The notes below the pieces were generated by a model, which saw only the letters and a program-made list of their open reading frames with translations, was not told the DNA's origin and ran no database searches. From assembly GCA_964387845.1 (NCBI GenBank), contig CAYLXA010000003.1, positions 1 through 64,000 on the forward strand: a DNA stretch of 64,000 bases. Direction: 5' to 3'. This document shows positions 1 to 9,553 of the stretch, piece after piece (positions within the stretch are counted from its first letter, which is position 1; each line of letters opens with the position of its first letter). A program made the translations under genes and the position numbers. Source of the stretch: an uncultured bacterium (GTDB lineage Bacteria; Omnitrophota; Omnitrophia; Omnitrophales; Abzuiibacteriaceae).

Positions 1-3000
1 AACAGTGTGACTTATCAGTTAAAGAATATCGGAGGTAGAGTGCTTTATTGGGAAGCATCAGAACCTTCCGTCGATTGGTATACGGTCTCTCCTTCAAGCG
101 GTACCTTACAAAGAGATGAGCAGGTCACAGTAACAGTTGCTTTCAGTCAAGATGCTAATTTACTGCCTGTGGGCAGTCATACGGATCAGGTGATCTTCAC
201 CAATACGGCCAGTGGGTATACGGTTGCAAGTGAACTAGATACGCCTGTTCAATCCACCCAGATGAGGGATGTGAGTTTGGAGATTAATCAAGCGTGCGAT
301 GACGGGAATGCGTGCAATGGGGCTGAAACCTGTGGTGCAGGAGGCGGATGTCAGGCTGGAACCCCTTTAACTTGTGATGACAACAATGTGTGTAACGGTA
401 TTGAATCTTGTGACTCTGTTAATGGTTGTCAATCGGGAACTCCTCTTTCGTGTGATGATGGTCAATTCTGTAATGGTGCTGAAACCTGCGACCAGACAGA
501 GGGCTGTACACCAGGAACAGATCCGTGTCCCGGGCAGAATTGTGATGATATGAATGATCAATGTATCAGCAACAACGAACCGCCGGTGGTAGATGCAGGC
601 CTTGATCAAACCATTCAACTTCCGAATGCGACCATGCTGGACGGGATTGTAACCGACGACGGACTGCCCGAACCATCCGAAATCACAACCTTGTGGCTGA
701 AATACAGCGGCCCGGGGAACGTTATGTTTTCGGAAGATTATTCGACCGATACATCAGTCAGTTTTTCAATAGACGGTGTGTATGTTTTAAGACTTTATGC
801 CAGTGACCGCGAAGCAGAAATATTTGATGATGTTCAAATCACCGTACTTCCTGAATGTACATCCGCCGCTGATTGCAATGACGGAAATGCGTGCACGGAA
901 GATATTTGCACTGCGAGAAGCGTTTGCCATGATGGGCAGCCGAATTGCACGCCGACTCCGAGCCGTTGCGAAAATCGGCCAAGGCCCTCCGGATTCTCAT
1001 GTTCTGACGGACTTTTCTGCAATGGTGCTGAAACCTGCAACGCCAACCAAGTTTGCCAACCCGGCACGCCGCCCAATTGCTCGGGCTTGAATGATCAATG
1101 CAACACCGGAATTTGCAACGAAACAACCGACCAATGCGTCACGAACCCGGTTGCAAACGGAACCATTTGTGACGACGGAAATGTGTGTACGCTGATGGAA
1201 CGCTGCTTAGACGGCGCATGCCAATCCGACATGATGGCACCGGGCTGTATTCCCTGCGATGAGGATTCGGACTGTAATGACAACAACGCTTGCGACGGAT
1301 TGGAACTTTGTCTGGCCGGACGCTGTCAAAACGGCATTCCATTAAATTGTGATGACGGAAACGCCTGCACGGCGGACAGCTGTCACCCGACTGACGGCTG
1401 CATGCACACGCCGATTCCGGATTGCATGTCTTGCGAAACCGATATTGATTGTAACGACGGAAATGTTTGCACAAGCGATTCGTGCTCCGGCGGAATCTGC
1501 ACTCACGGAAACCTGCCGCAAGGAACTGCCTGCTCGGACGGCACATTCTGTAACGGCGCTGAAACTTGTAACGGAGCGGGCGTCTGCGTGCCGGGGTCAG
1601 CTCCGGATTGTGAAGATATGGATCCGTGCACAAACGACAGCTGTAATAGTTCGACCGACTCGTGCGTTCATGACGCGATTCCGGATTGTCAAAGCTGCAT
1701 GAGCCCTGAAGAATGTGACGACGGCAATCCGTGTACCGATGAAAATTGCTTAACGCCGGTTTCCGGATCATTGGGAACCTGTATGTATTTCGATGCAGAA
1801 GACGGCAGAATTTGTGACAGCGACAACGATGTTTGTGACGGAACCGATACCTGCCAGGCCGGACAGTGCGCACCGGGCGATCCGCTCGATTGCGATGACG
1901 GCGATGCGTGCACGGCGGACAGCTGCAACCAAACCGGCGGCTGCATACACACACCGATTCCGGACTGTATTTCGTGCCAAACAAACGCACAATGCGATGA
2001 TTCCAATCCCTGCACTTCGGATATCTGTGCTCCGGAAGGTTCATGTTCTAACGAACCGGTCGCCAACGGCACCTCCTGCGCAGACAGCAATCTCTGTAAC
2101 GGTGCAGAGATTTGCCAAGCCGGAGTCTGTGAGCCCGGAACGCCGCTGAGTTGTAACGATGGAAACGTTTGTAATGGTGCTGAAACATGCAATCCAGTAT
2201 CAGGCTGTCAAGCCGGAACACCTCTGAGTTGTAACGACGGAAATGTATGCAACGGTACAGAATCTTGCGACCCGGCGCTTGGATGCCAGGCCGGAACGCC
2301 GTTGACATGTGATGATGGAAATGTGTGTAACGGCACGGAGAGTTGTGACGCCGCACTTGGGTGCCAAGCCGGTACACCGCTCACTTGTGATGACGGAAAT
2401 ATTTGCAACGGAACTGAAACATGCAACACAACAACCGGCTGTCAGACCGGAACGCCGCTCATTTGCAACGACGGCCTTTTCTGCAATGGATTAGAATCGT
2501 GCAGCCCGGCACTCGGGTGCCAAGCCGGGTCAAGCCCATGCCCCAGCGACGACGGGCTTTTCTGCAACGGAAATGAAGTCTGCGATGAAACAATTGATCA
2601 ATGTCAAAGTACGGGAAATCCGTGCCCTCCGGGCGAAACGTGCGATGAGCCGACCGATCAATGCTTGAGTGCCAATAATGCGCCGCCGGTAGTGAATGCA
2701 GGGTCGGATGCGTCTATCCCAATCTCCGGAACTATGAATCTTAATGGGAGCGCGACAGACGACGGGTTTCCAAATCCGCCGGCCACATTGATCACAACCT
2801 GGACTAAACAAAGCGGGCCCGGCAATGTTACGTTTGGAAATGAGAATGCGCCGCAAACAACAGCAACTTTCTCGGCTATGGGCAACTATGTACTGCGTTT
2901 AACTGCCGACGACAGCGCGCTTCAAGCGTTTGATGAAGTGACGATTCGGGTCACGCCCAATGTTTCAATTAGCCCCGGCCAATCGTATCACCGCAAAGGA

Positions 3001-5826
3001 TTTACGATGACTTTCCGGGATCAAAACGGAAATCCATATAACATCGGCGCTCAATATGAAGACACGTGCGTGATGTTCCGCGCAATCGGAAAATGGTTTA
3101 ACGACAGCCACTATGAGCCAATCGAGTGCGGCCTTGACGGAAACTATTATTATTGCGAAGACTTAAAAGCAACAGGGCCAGTTTATATTCGGTCCGAAAT
3201 TCCCGGCGGTCCGGACAGCATTATGACGGAACCAAAATGGCTTAGCTCAAATAAATTAAAAGCTTATGTTCCTAATGTTGATTTTTCCAAAGCGAGCTGT
3301 TCAAATCCACAAGATTCTTATGACGTGCAGGCTTACCATTTTGCGGTAACGACCGATTGCGAAGCGTACAAAAACGGCCCAATCGCGGAATTAGGCACTT
3401 ATCGCGTCGACCGCGATCCGATGCAGACATTAAACGGATTCTACGCCAATAAAATCTCGATTGATAAAATTTATATCGGCGGTTATCCGACCACTGCAAA
3501 CGGCGGAGCTGGCGAGCCTTTCTACCTCGACAATCCAAACGCCGATCAGCACATGCAGCCGTTTACAACCGCCAGCCCTGCTTATTCTGCTTACTTAAAA
3601 ACAACACCGTCCGTTGATCAATTGTTGGATTACGCAGCTTACCGAAGAGGATGGACGCAGTGTCTCGGTATGGGATGCGGATATGGCGTTCATTATGGCG
3701 GCGGAGAATATTCTGGCGCCTTTTCTCCAAAAGGAAGCCCGGCGGTTTTTGAAGTCTTAACCGGCACTCATTTCTTAGGGCCTACACCGTTTAATTTTGA
3801 TCATCCGAACCAGTGCGGTGCCAACTTTCCTGTTACACAGTTCAACACAGGCTGCGCTCCCGTAAAATGTGATGCCGGCTGGAAATACGATGAAAATTCA
3901 GGCTACGGAAATGAGGGCTGTTTTTATAATGCAATTATCCAAGATTCATACTCATGTCCTGTCGCATTCAATCCATACGTTAACGGAATAACGGTGGGAA
4001 TGCAGCAGCCGGTTTATGCGCCCGGTCAGCTTTCAGCAACCGAGCGGGAAAATCTTGCATTCGACTGGGATGGCAGCGTAGATGTTTATGAAGATATTTG
4101 GGTTATGCATGACGTATTAGGTTATTCAAAATTTGTCAGTCATCATGAAAATTGCTCGGAATATACTCAGGTCAGAATTAAAAATGAATGGTATGTCAAT
4201 GACCCATTCTTTAATCACTCGCTGTGTGAGGGCAGTCTAACCTGCGCCGGAACGCCAAATCCTCCCGCCTGTTACATTCTTGATACTGACTCAGGCAATA
4301 ATGGTTGCAATCCTGCAACCGGGACATGGATTTATAAACCTGGGGACAACGGCACTGCATGCAATGACGGCCTTTCATGCACAACGGGAGATGTGTGTGA
4401 TACTGGTGTTTGCCGCGGAGTTTCCAACTGTGATGACGGAAATCCCATGACATCGGACTCTTGCAATCCAAGTACAGGATTGTGTGAATCAACCGATCAC
4501 TGTGTCGAACAAAATACGGAATGCCGTGTTTCTACCGGGCAGTGCGGCGCTGACGGCCAATGTGTTTTTGAGAATTTGCCGGACGGAACTTCATGCAATG
4601 ATCAGAACGCCTGCACAAGTGCAAGCACATGCCAAGCCGGTGCATGTGTTTCAACTATCCCGCCTGATATGATCTGCAATGACGGCTTTACTTGCACTAT
4701 TGATACTTGCGATCCATTGATCGGATGCATTCAGATTCCGGATAATACTCAATGCACATTTCAGGGCAATCAATGCAAAACATTTATATGCGACCCTTAT
4801 TACTCAAGCCCGAACGGCTTTGAATATCCCAATCCTATAACAGGCTGTGTTGAGGGAGAGCGTCCTCCAGTTGCGCCGGCACCAGGCGCGGAATGCACCA
4901 ACCCAAGCAGCTATCCGGAGCAAGGCGACATGTGCGCGGCTGGTGAAGCATGTAGTGCAAGTTGTCAATGTGATTCGCTTTGCGGAAACGGCGTGTGGGA
5001 TCATCAAGCCGGCGAACTGTGCGATCCGACGGTCCCGGCTGGTAGCCCCGGTCATTATTACAACCCAATCGGAGACGATATCCGAATTTGTCAAAGTGAT
5101 TGCATGCCATGCGACAGTTGTGGCAACGGAACCGTGACAGCCGTTCTTGGAGAAGAATGCGAAATAGACCCTACGGCAGACGCGATGGACATTTGTGGAG
5201 ACCCGACTTCGGTAGGTCCGTCAACGCGAGGGGAATGCCGGTATCAATGCGCCAATGGCTGGCAAGATGGTATTTTGCAGGAAACGCCTGATGAGGTACC
5301 GTGCAACCCGGCCACTTTTTTATGTCCCGATGGAATCACAGAGTGTCATCCCGAATTTGCTCCCTGCCCTGTCCCGCCGGGCGAAACGTGTGATCCGCTA
5401 ACATCAGACGGCAGCAATGAAACTATTTGTGGAGAATCAACTCCCGGCGTTATCAGTCAAGGGTGCAGTCTTTATGATCCGTTTGGATCAGGCCATTATT
5501 ATTCCAGCTGCCGATGCACATCCGTAAAAATTATTCCGCAAGGGCCGACATTGGAAGACCGCGCATGTGATCTTGGCGTTACCTCGATTGACCCTTCTAT
5601 GTGGCTTGCTCCAGCGCAAACAGATCAATGCAAATTTGGATGTGTTGAAGTTTATGCCGCTCAAGGATGCCGCGCATCAACACCCCAAAATCCGTGTACG
5701 TGTTACGGGATCACAGAATGGCAAGAATATTTTCCCGAATTAGTTCCTATGGGTGGCGGCACGTTTTACCGGGTCATCAGCACTTCGGCCTGCATGGCTT
5801 CAGGAGAACCAATACCCGGAGAATAA
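1..5826 (+). CDS. Giant secreted Cys-rich repeat protein (adhesin-like), 5'-truncated at the window edge. It has more than 40 Cys-rich repeats of the form CxDGNxCNGxExC...GCQxGTPL, two PKD/Ig-like inserts (VVDAGxD...TDDGxP...SGPGNV), a unique central domain of about 420 aa, and C-terminal CGNG...GEECD repeats of the Myxococcus cysteine-rich repeat type.
   Basis: The ORF is open to position 1 in frame and there is no signal peptide at the apparent start, so the 5' end lies outside the window. The repeat pattern is highly periodic in the translation. Stop codon TAA at 5824-5826. Confidence 0.85.
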   Translation, partial: NSVTYQLKNIGGRVLYWEASEPSVDWYTVSPSSGTLQRDEQVTVTVAFSQDANLLPVGSHTDQVIFTNTASGYTVASELDTPVQSTQMRDVSLEINQACDDGNACNGAETCGAGGGCQAGTPLTCDDNNVCNGIESCDSVNGCQSGTPLSCDDGQFCNGAETCDQTEGCTPGTDPCPGQNCDDMNDQCISNNEPPVVDAGLDQTIQLPNATMLDGIVTDDGLPEPSEITTLWLKYSGPGNVMFSEDYSTDTSVSFSIDGVYVLRLYASDREAEIFDDVQITVLPECTSAADCNDGNACTEDICTARSVCHDGQPNCTPTPSRCENRPRPSGFSCSDGLFCNGAETCNANQVCQPGTPPNCSGLNDQCNTGICNETTDQCVTNPVANGTICDDGNVCTLMERCLDGACQSDMMAPGCIPCDEDSDCNDNNACDGLELCLAGRCQNGIPLNCDDGNACTADSCHPTDGCMHTPIPDCMSCETDIDCNDGNVCTSDSCSGGICTHGNLPQGTACSDGTFCNGAETCNGAGVCVPGSAPDCEDMDPCTNDSCNSSTDSCVHDAIPDCQSCMSPEECDDGNPCTDENCLTPVSGSLGTCMYFDAEDGRICDSDNDVCDGTDTCQAGQCAPGDPLDCDDGDACTADSCNQTGGCIHTPIPDCISCQTNAQCDDSNPCTSDICAPEGSCSNEPVANGTSCADSNLCNGAEICQAGVCEPGTPLSCNDGNVCNGAETCNPVSGCQAGTPLSCNDGNVCNGTESCDPALGCQAGTPLTCDDGNVCNGTESCDAALGCQAGTPLTCDDGNICNGTETCNTTTGCQTGTPLICNDGLFCNGLESCSPALGCQAGSSPCPSDDGLFCNGNEVCDETIDQCQSTGNPCPPGETCDEPTDQCLSANNAPPVVNAGSDASIPISGTMNLNGSATDDGFPNPPATLITTWTKQSGPGNVTFGNENAPQTTATFSAMGNYVLRLTADDSALQAFDEVTIRVTPNVSISPGQSYHRKGFTMTFRDQNGNPYNIGAQYEDTCVMFRAIGKWFNDSHYEPIECGLDGNYYYCEDLKATGPVYIRSEIPGGPDSIMTEPKWLSSNKLKAYVPNVDFSKASCSNPQDSYDVQAYHFAVTTDCEAYKNGPIAELGTYRVDRDPMQTLNGFYANKISIDKIYIGGYPTTANGGAGEPFYLDNPNADQHMQPFTTASPAYSAYLKTTPSVDQLLDYAAYRRGWTQCLGMGCGYGVHYGGGEYSGAFSPKGSPAVFEVLTGTHFLGPTPFNFDHPNQCGANFPVTQFNTGCAPVKCDAGWKYDENSGYGNEGCFYNAIIQDSYSCPVAFNPYVNGITVGMQQPVYAPGQLSATERENLAFDWDGSVDVYEDIWVMHDVLGYSKFVSHHENCSEYTQVRIKNEWYVNDPFFNHSLCEGSLTCAGTPNPPACYILDTDSGNNGCNPATGTWIYKPGDNGTACNDGLSCTTGDVCDTGVCRGVSNCDDGNPMTSDSCNPSTGLCESTDHCVEQNTECRVSTGQCGADGQCVFENLPDGTSCNDQNACTSASTCQAGACVSTIPPDMICNDGFTCTIDTCDPLIGCIQIPDNTQCTFQGNQCKTFICDPYYSSPNGFEYPNPITGCVEGERPPVAPAPGAECTNPSSYPEQGDMCAAGEACSASCQCDSLCGNGVWDHQAGELCDPTVPAGSPGHYYNPIGDDIRICQSDCMPCDSCGNGTVTAVLGEECEIDPTADAMDICGDPTSVGPSTRGECRYQCANGWQDGILQETPDEVPCNPATFLCPDGITECHPEFAPCPVPPGETCDPLTSDGSNETICGESTPGVISQGCSLYDPFGSGHYYSSCRCTSVKIIPQGPTLEDRACDLGVTSIDPSMWLAPAQTDQCKFGCVEVYAAQGCRASTPQNPCTCYGITEWQEYFPELVPMGGGTFYRVISTSACMASGEPIPGE

Positions 5827-5831
5827 AACGA

Positions 5832-6092
5832 TTATTTCTGGGTGAGTTCTTTCTTGCGGAGTAATAAATGCAGTGAATAGCGCGACTGAAAGCCGCCCAT
5901 CTTTTCCTGCGTACTTTTTAATTCCTTCTCAACTTCGGCGAGGGTCATCTTCGTAACTTTTTTGCGTTTCTCTGATGAGCCCGGCTGCGGCGCTTCTTCT
6001 TTTTTTTCTTCTTTGGCTTCCGCCTGAGGCTTTTTGGCTTCTTCTTTCTTCTCCGCTTTTTCTTCCTTCTTTTCCGCTTTTTCGTCTGTCAT
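5832..6092 (-). CDS. Small Lys/Glu-rich protein (86 aa) with a low-complexity KE-rich N-terminus and a short structured C-terminal segment. Function unknown.
   Basis: ATG start with a GGAG Shine-Dalgarno 7 nt upstream. The GAA/AAA-rich codon usage is consistent with coding sequence. Confidence 0.5.
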   Translation of the reverse strand: MTDEKAEKKEEKAEKKEEAKKPQAEAKEEKKEEAPQPGSSEKRKKVTKMTLAEVEKELKSTQEKMGGFQSRYSLHLLLRKKELTQK

Positions 6093-6105
6093 GATAGCTC
6101 CTAGA

Positions 6106-6186
6106 GAACGTCGAACTTAGAACCTCGAACTTCGAACATCTGAGAATATTTTTACGAGGTTCGACATTCGATGTTCGATGTCCGAA
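6106..6186. repeat. Intergenic inverted-repeat element, family A. The left arm is tandem (n)TCGAAC(n) units, the loop is 16 nt, and the right arm is tandem GTTCGA units.
   Basis: Arms 6106-6139 and 6156-6186 are read directly. The same architecture and core recur at 12139-12213 and 12631-12716. Confidence 0.7.
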
Positions 6187-6187
6187 T

Positions 6188-6565
6188 TTATTCTTTTCCT
6201 TTCATGCAGAGACCGGCGATCATGGCTTTCTCGCGTGATTTAATCCGGTTGACCAAATAAGTCATGGGATCCACCGGATTTTCCGGCATGAGTTTCCAGG
6301 TTTCCTGAATCTGAATATGGCGCGCGAGGACTTTCCGGAAAGTGTCATTTTCATCCATCGAAATCACAAGCTGCTTACGCAGGCGAATGAGCGTATTTGC
6401 ATTTTTAGGACAGCCTTCTTTATTTTTGAGGAGATCGATTTTATAAATCAAAACTTCAATGGCGGCGGAATTCCGGCGGATTTGGCAGCGGATCACTTTT
6501 TCCTGCCACTCAGTCAAAAGGCCGTTCGGGTCAATGACTTTGAGAAACTTCGGGTTTTTCTTCAT
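6188..6565 (-). CDS. Hypothetical protein (125 aa)
   Basis: ORF immediately downstream of, and translationally coupled to, the PilZ gene. No recognisable motif. Confidence 0.5.
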   Translation of the reverse strand: MKKNPKFLKVIDPNGLLTEWQEKVIRCQIRRNSAAIEVLIYKIDLLKNKEGCPKNANTLIRLRKQLVISMDENDTFRKVLARHIQIQETWKLMPENPVDPMTYLVNRIKSREKAMIAGLCMKGKE

Positions 6566-6567
6566 GA

Positions 6568-6957
6568 CTACCCTCCACCGGTTGCCTTACGAATCATCGG
6601 ATGTTTCTTTCCGTCATCATGAACAAAATCCAGAAGCGCGGCACGATCTACAGACTGGATAGTTTCAAATGCAACGCCGATCCGGTATTGATTCGGGCTT
6701 GAAGCGATTAATTTGCTCCAAGCCACACGCGCAGAAGCTTTCACAGTTTCTTTTTTGTTAGGAAGCTGGAATTCGAGGTTAATTTTGGAGCCGACCGCAT
6801 ACTCGGTCCCGGTGACAAGCCCAAAACCGTTTACGCCGACATCTTTTGTCCAAACTTCATCCAGGTAAGAAGGGTTGCCGGCGCCTTTTGAGCCTGCAGG
6901 CATGATTTTGACTGAGATCTTCTGATCAACTCTCGACCATTGTCTTTTATCCATCAA
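6568..6957 (-). CDS. PilZ-domain protein (probable c-di-GMP receptor)
   Basis: A KRQWSRV (RxxxR) motif near the N-terminus and a D-V-G-V-N-G-F-G (DxSxxG-like) motif, typical of PilZ domains. Confidence 0.5.
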   Translation of the reverse strand: MMDKRQWSRVDQKISVKIMPAGSKGAGNPSYLDEVWTKDVGVNGFGLVTGTEYAVGSKINLEFQLPNKKETVKASARVAWSKLIASSPNQYRIGVAFETIQSVDRAALLDFVHDDGKKHPMIRKATGGG

Positions 6958-7007
6958 TCACTCGTCTTGGCCTTTGACTTCGTTTGTCGGCACTCTTTCA
7001 ATCTTCT

Positions 7008-7056
7008 TTAGGGGACAGGTCTTTAATAATTAATTAAACAAGACCTGTCCCCTTAA
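7008..7056 (-). terminator. Strong hairpin downstream of the metallophosphoesterase gene, with a perfect 12-bp stem (GGGGACAGGTCT/AGACCTGTCCCC) and an 18-nt AT loop.
   Basis: Stem read directly. No clear U-tract, so an intrinsic-terminator role is tentative. Confidence 0.3.
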
Positions 7057-7116
7057 AGTTGACTTCTAAAAGTGTAATCGATGAAATTGTGGAGTGCAAG
7101 ACAATTGACGGAAAGA

Positions 7117-7986
7117 TTAAGGAAAAATATCAACCCAAATGGCCTCGGGCCGGCAGAAAAAACGGAGGAACAAAACGCGGTTTGCACCGACGCCGCGCGA
7201 GGCAAAACAATGCATATTTTGCACCACATGATAACCATCGATGGTTTCCATCGGCAATTTTGCATCCCGCGAGAAACCGCCTACAAAGGGAATCCTGACT
7301 TGCCCGCCGTGATGATGGCCCGAAAAAACGCAGTCAACCGGATGCTGGTCTTTCAACTCAATAATTGAATCCAGCACGTGCGTCAGCACGATATTGAACG
7401 AATCACTTTTCATTCCGCTTAAAGTTGTCTCAAAATTGACTTTCTGCGTGATCGGATCATCCGTGCCGCCGACAACCATCGAAGCTCCGTTCACATTAAA
7501 TGTCTGAGAACTATTCTTGAGAACCAAAAATCCGGCGGCTTCCAGCGTCCGTTTCAAATCCGCAACCCGGTTTGGTGTTTTAGATTTTGACGATTGAATA
7601 AAAATATAATAAATCGAATCAAAAAACCCATAATCCCAGTAATCATGGTTGCCCATAATCGCAATTTTGGCAATTTTTGCCTTTAAACGGCTTAGAAATT
7701 TTCCGCATGGTTCAATTCCGGGATCGTGATCAATAATGTCGCCTGTCACAAATATAAAATCGGGCTCCATGGTTTCCAATTTCTTAAAAAAAGGCTCTTT
7801 CCATGAGTTGTGCTTTGCGAAATGGATGTCGCTCAAATGCAAAATCGAAATCGGCTTTGAAAGCTTTTTGGACGATTTAATCTGAAACCTGCGGATCCGG
7901 AACCAGCGGGGTTCAATCAGGTATGAATAAATCAGAAAGGTAAGAACGACTAAAAGCGGGATTGTATATTCGGCGTAGAAAATCAT
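7117..7986 (-). CDS. Calcineurin-like metallophosphoesterase, membrane-anchored
   Basis: LHLSDIHF (DxH), GDIIDH (GD), GNHDYWD (GNHD/E) and GHHHGG (GHxH) motifs. N-terminal TM helix. Confidence 0.8.
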   Translation of the reverse strand: MIFYAEYTIPLLVVLTFLIYSYLIEPRWFRIRRFQIKSSKKLSKPISILHLSDIHFAKHNSWKEPFFKKLETMEPDFIFVTGDIIDHDPGIEPCGKFLSRLKAKIAKIAIMGNHDYWDYGFFDSIYYIFIQSSKSKTPNRVADLKRTLEAAGFLVLKNSSQTFNVNGASMVVGGTDDPITQKVNFETTLSGMKSDSFNIVLTHVLDSIIELKDQHPVDCVFSGHHHGGQVRIPFVGGFSRDAKLPMETIDGYHVVQNMHCFASRGVGANRVLFLRFFCRPEAIWVDIFP

Positions 7987-8405
7987 TACGAGCCCAAAGT
8001 TCCGGAGTCGCGATTAATTAAATCAGCGGCTTTTTTATTATCATCCGTTGAAAATACGCCGACGATCTTAAAGCCATCGCCACTCGTTCCGTAAACATAG
8101 TTGACATTCACGCCTTCACTGCCGAGAAGTTTGACAACAGGCGCCAGCGTTCCGACTTTGTTTTCAAATTCAACAATCAAAACATCACGGTCTTCGATTT
8201 TTGGAACAAAATAAGAAAGCGCTTTTTTGGCTTTTTCGTGATCACGCGTCACGATTTGAAAGTAACCTTTGTCTTCGTACGTGTAAGCCGATAAATGAAT
8301 AATATAAATCCCCTGCTCCGCAAGCGCGAGCGTAACGCGGCCCAGCGTCCCGATCTCGTTCTTGGTAACAAAATGTATTTCTTTTCCGATTTGAGCTCTA
8401 GCCAT
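7986..8405 (-). CDS. ACT-domain protein (tandem ACT domains)
   Basis: Two ~65-aa beta-alpha-beta-beta-alpha-beta units with G-T-L/G-x-x-A motifs. ATGA stop/start overlap with the downstream phosphoesterase gene. Confidence 0.65.
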   Translation of the reverse strand: MARAQIGKEIHFVTKNEIGTLGRVTLALAEQGIYIIHLSAYTYEDKGYFQIVTRDHEKAKKALSYFVPKIEDRDVLIVEFENKVGTLAPVVKLLGSEGVNVNYVYGTSGDGFKIVGVFSTDDNKKAADLINRDSGTLGS

Positions 8406-8443
8406 AACTGCCTATAGATGTTCCAATCGTTTATTCATCAAAG

Positions 8444-8498
8444 TTATGGCTGGCCCTCGCGCTATTGATTGAATATAAAAGCGCGATGGGCGAGCCAT
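8444..8498. promoter_or_regulatory. Conserved palindromic element E, copy 1: GCCCTCGCGCT - ATTGATTGAATATAAA - AGCGCGATGGGC. It ends 40 nt upstream of the ACT gene start.
   Basis: A near-identical element at 12066-12120 lies at the same distance upstream of the FNR gene. Confidence 0.5.
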
Positions 8499-8516
8499 GA
8501 TTTACCTATAAATGTC

Positions 8517-8577
8517 TGTCATTCTGAGCGGAGCGAAGAATCTAGGTCTTAGATCCTTCACTTCGTTCAGGATGACA
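8517..8577. terminator. Imperfect 29-bp palindrome (CTGTCATTCTGAGCGGAGCGAAGAATCT ... AGATCCTTCACTTCGTTCAGGATGACAG) 10 nt downstream of the AKR stop. Probable terminator or REP-like hairpin.
   Basis: Arms read directly. The five mismatches are all transitions. Confidence 0.4.
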
Positions 8578-8587
8578 GGAGCTGCTG

Positions 8588-9553
8588 TCAATTATGATAA
8601 AACCCTTCCTTGAATATTTCGTCACTCTCGTAGATATCCTGAATTTTTGATATTTCTTCACTCGAAAGCCTCGGGTCTTCTACGGCCTTCAAATGATCTT
8701 CAACATGCTGAGCAGTTTTCATACCCGGAATCACGGTCGACACCGCTGAAAATGACAACACGTACTCCAGCGCCGCTTGCTTGAGGCTTACTTTTTTTGT
8801 ATCAAACGCATCTTGGATCCGTTTTACCTTGTCTAAATCTTTTAAATATTTATCACGCATCCAGCGATTGCGATGGTCCACTTTGTGAAATTTGCTGTCC
8901 GCCGTATATTTCCCCGTCAAAAGCCCGCAGGCCAAGGGTTCGCGCGCAAGAATTCCGATTTTATTCTTCTCGCACAATGGAAATAACTCCGGAACGGGAC
9001 GCTGGTCTATTAAATTGAAAATCACTTGTAGCGTATCGGACTTGCCGTTTTGGTTTGCGGATATTCCTTCATCAATCCGGTGAATGGAGGTTCCGTAGTG
9101 GAGGATTTTTCCTTCTTTCTTGAGTTCATCGAGAACTTTGTAAACCTCGCCTTTTTCGATTTCGTCGCGCTTTGGATTGTGAAGTTGGTAGAGATCAATA
9201 TGATCTGTTTTGAGGCGTTTTAAACTTTCGCCGCATGCGAAACGAATGTGCTCAGCTGAGAAATTTTTCTTGGTGCCGCCGTGATAAAAATCCCAACCGG
9301 CTTTTGTCGCAATAAAAACTTTGAGGCGTTTAGAGCTTTCTTTGAAGGTTTGGCCTATAAGCGTTTCGCTATGGCCGTCGCCATAAACATCGGCAGTATC
9401 GTAAAAAGTAATGCCGTGATCGTAAGCAAATGATAACGCTTTGAGGGAATCTTGATCGTTTGTTGGGCCATAGCCTGTTCCGCCGATGGCCCAACAACCG
9501 AATCCGAGTGAGGAAACTTCTTTTTTAGTTCGGCCTAATGTCCGAAACTGCAT
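8588..9553 (-). CDS. Aldo/keto reductase family oxidoreductase
   Basis: N-terminal LGFGCWAIGG and DTADVYGDGHSE motifs. Length is typical for an AKR. Confidence 0.85.
   Translation of the reverse strand: MQFRTLGRTKKEVSSLGFGCWAIGGTGYGPTNDQDSLKALSFAYDHGITFYDTADVYGDGHSETLIGQTFKESSKRLKVFIATKAGWDFYHGGTKKNFSAEHIRFACGESLKRLKTDHIDLYQLHNPKRDEIEKGEVYKVLDELKKEGKILHYGTSIHRIDEGISANQNGKSDTLQVIFNLIDQRPVPELFPLCEKNKIGILAREPLACGLLTGKYTADSKFHKVDHRNRWMRDKYLKDLDKVKRIQDAFDTKKVSLKQAALEYVLSFSAVSTVIPGMKTAQHVEDHLKAVEDPRLSSEEISKIQDIYESDEIFKEGFYHN

Noticed and set aside
1139-2044. Long antisense ORFs (301, 167, 118 and 109 aa, among others) inside the giant repeat gene, with Cys/Arg/His-rich translations
   Set aside because: They are reverse-frame artefacts of the TGC/TGT-rich Cys repeat codons. 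They have no start context and are fully nested within the strongly periodic sense ORF.
6106-6186. Possibility that the heptamer arrays are a CRISPR array
   Set aside because: The units are 7-8 nt with no spacers, arranged as inverted arms around a loop. There are no cas genes.
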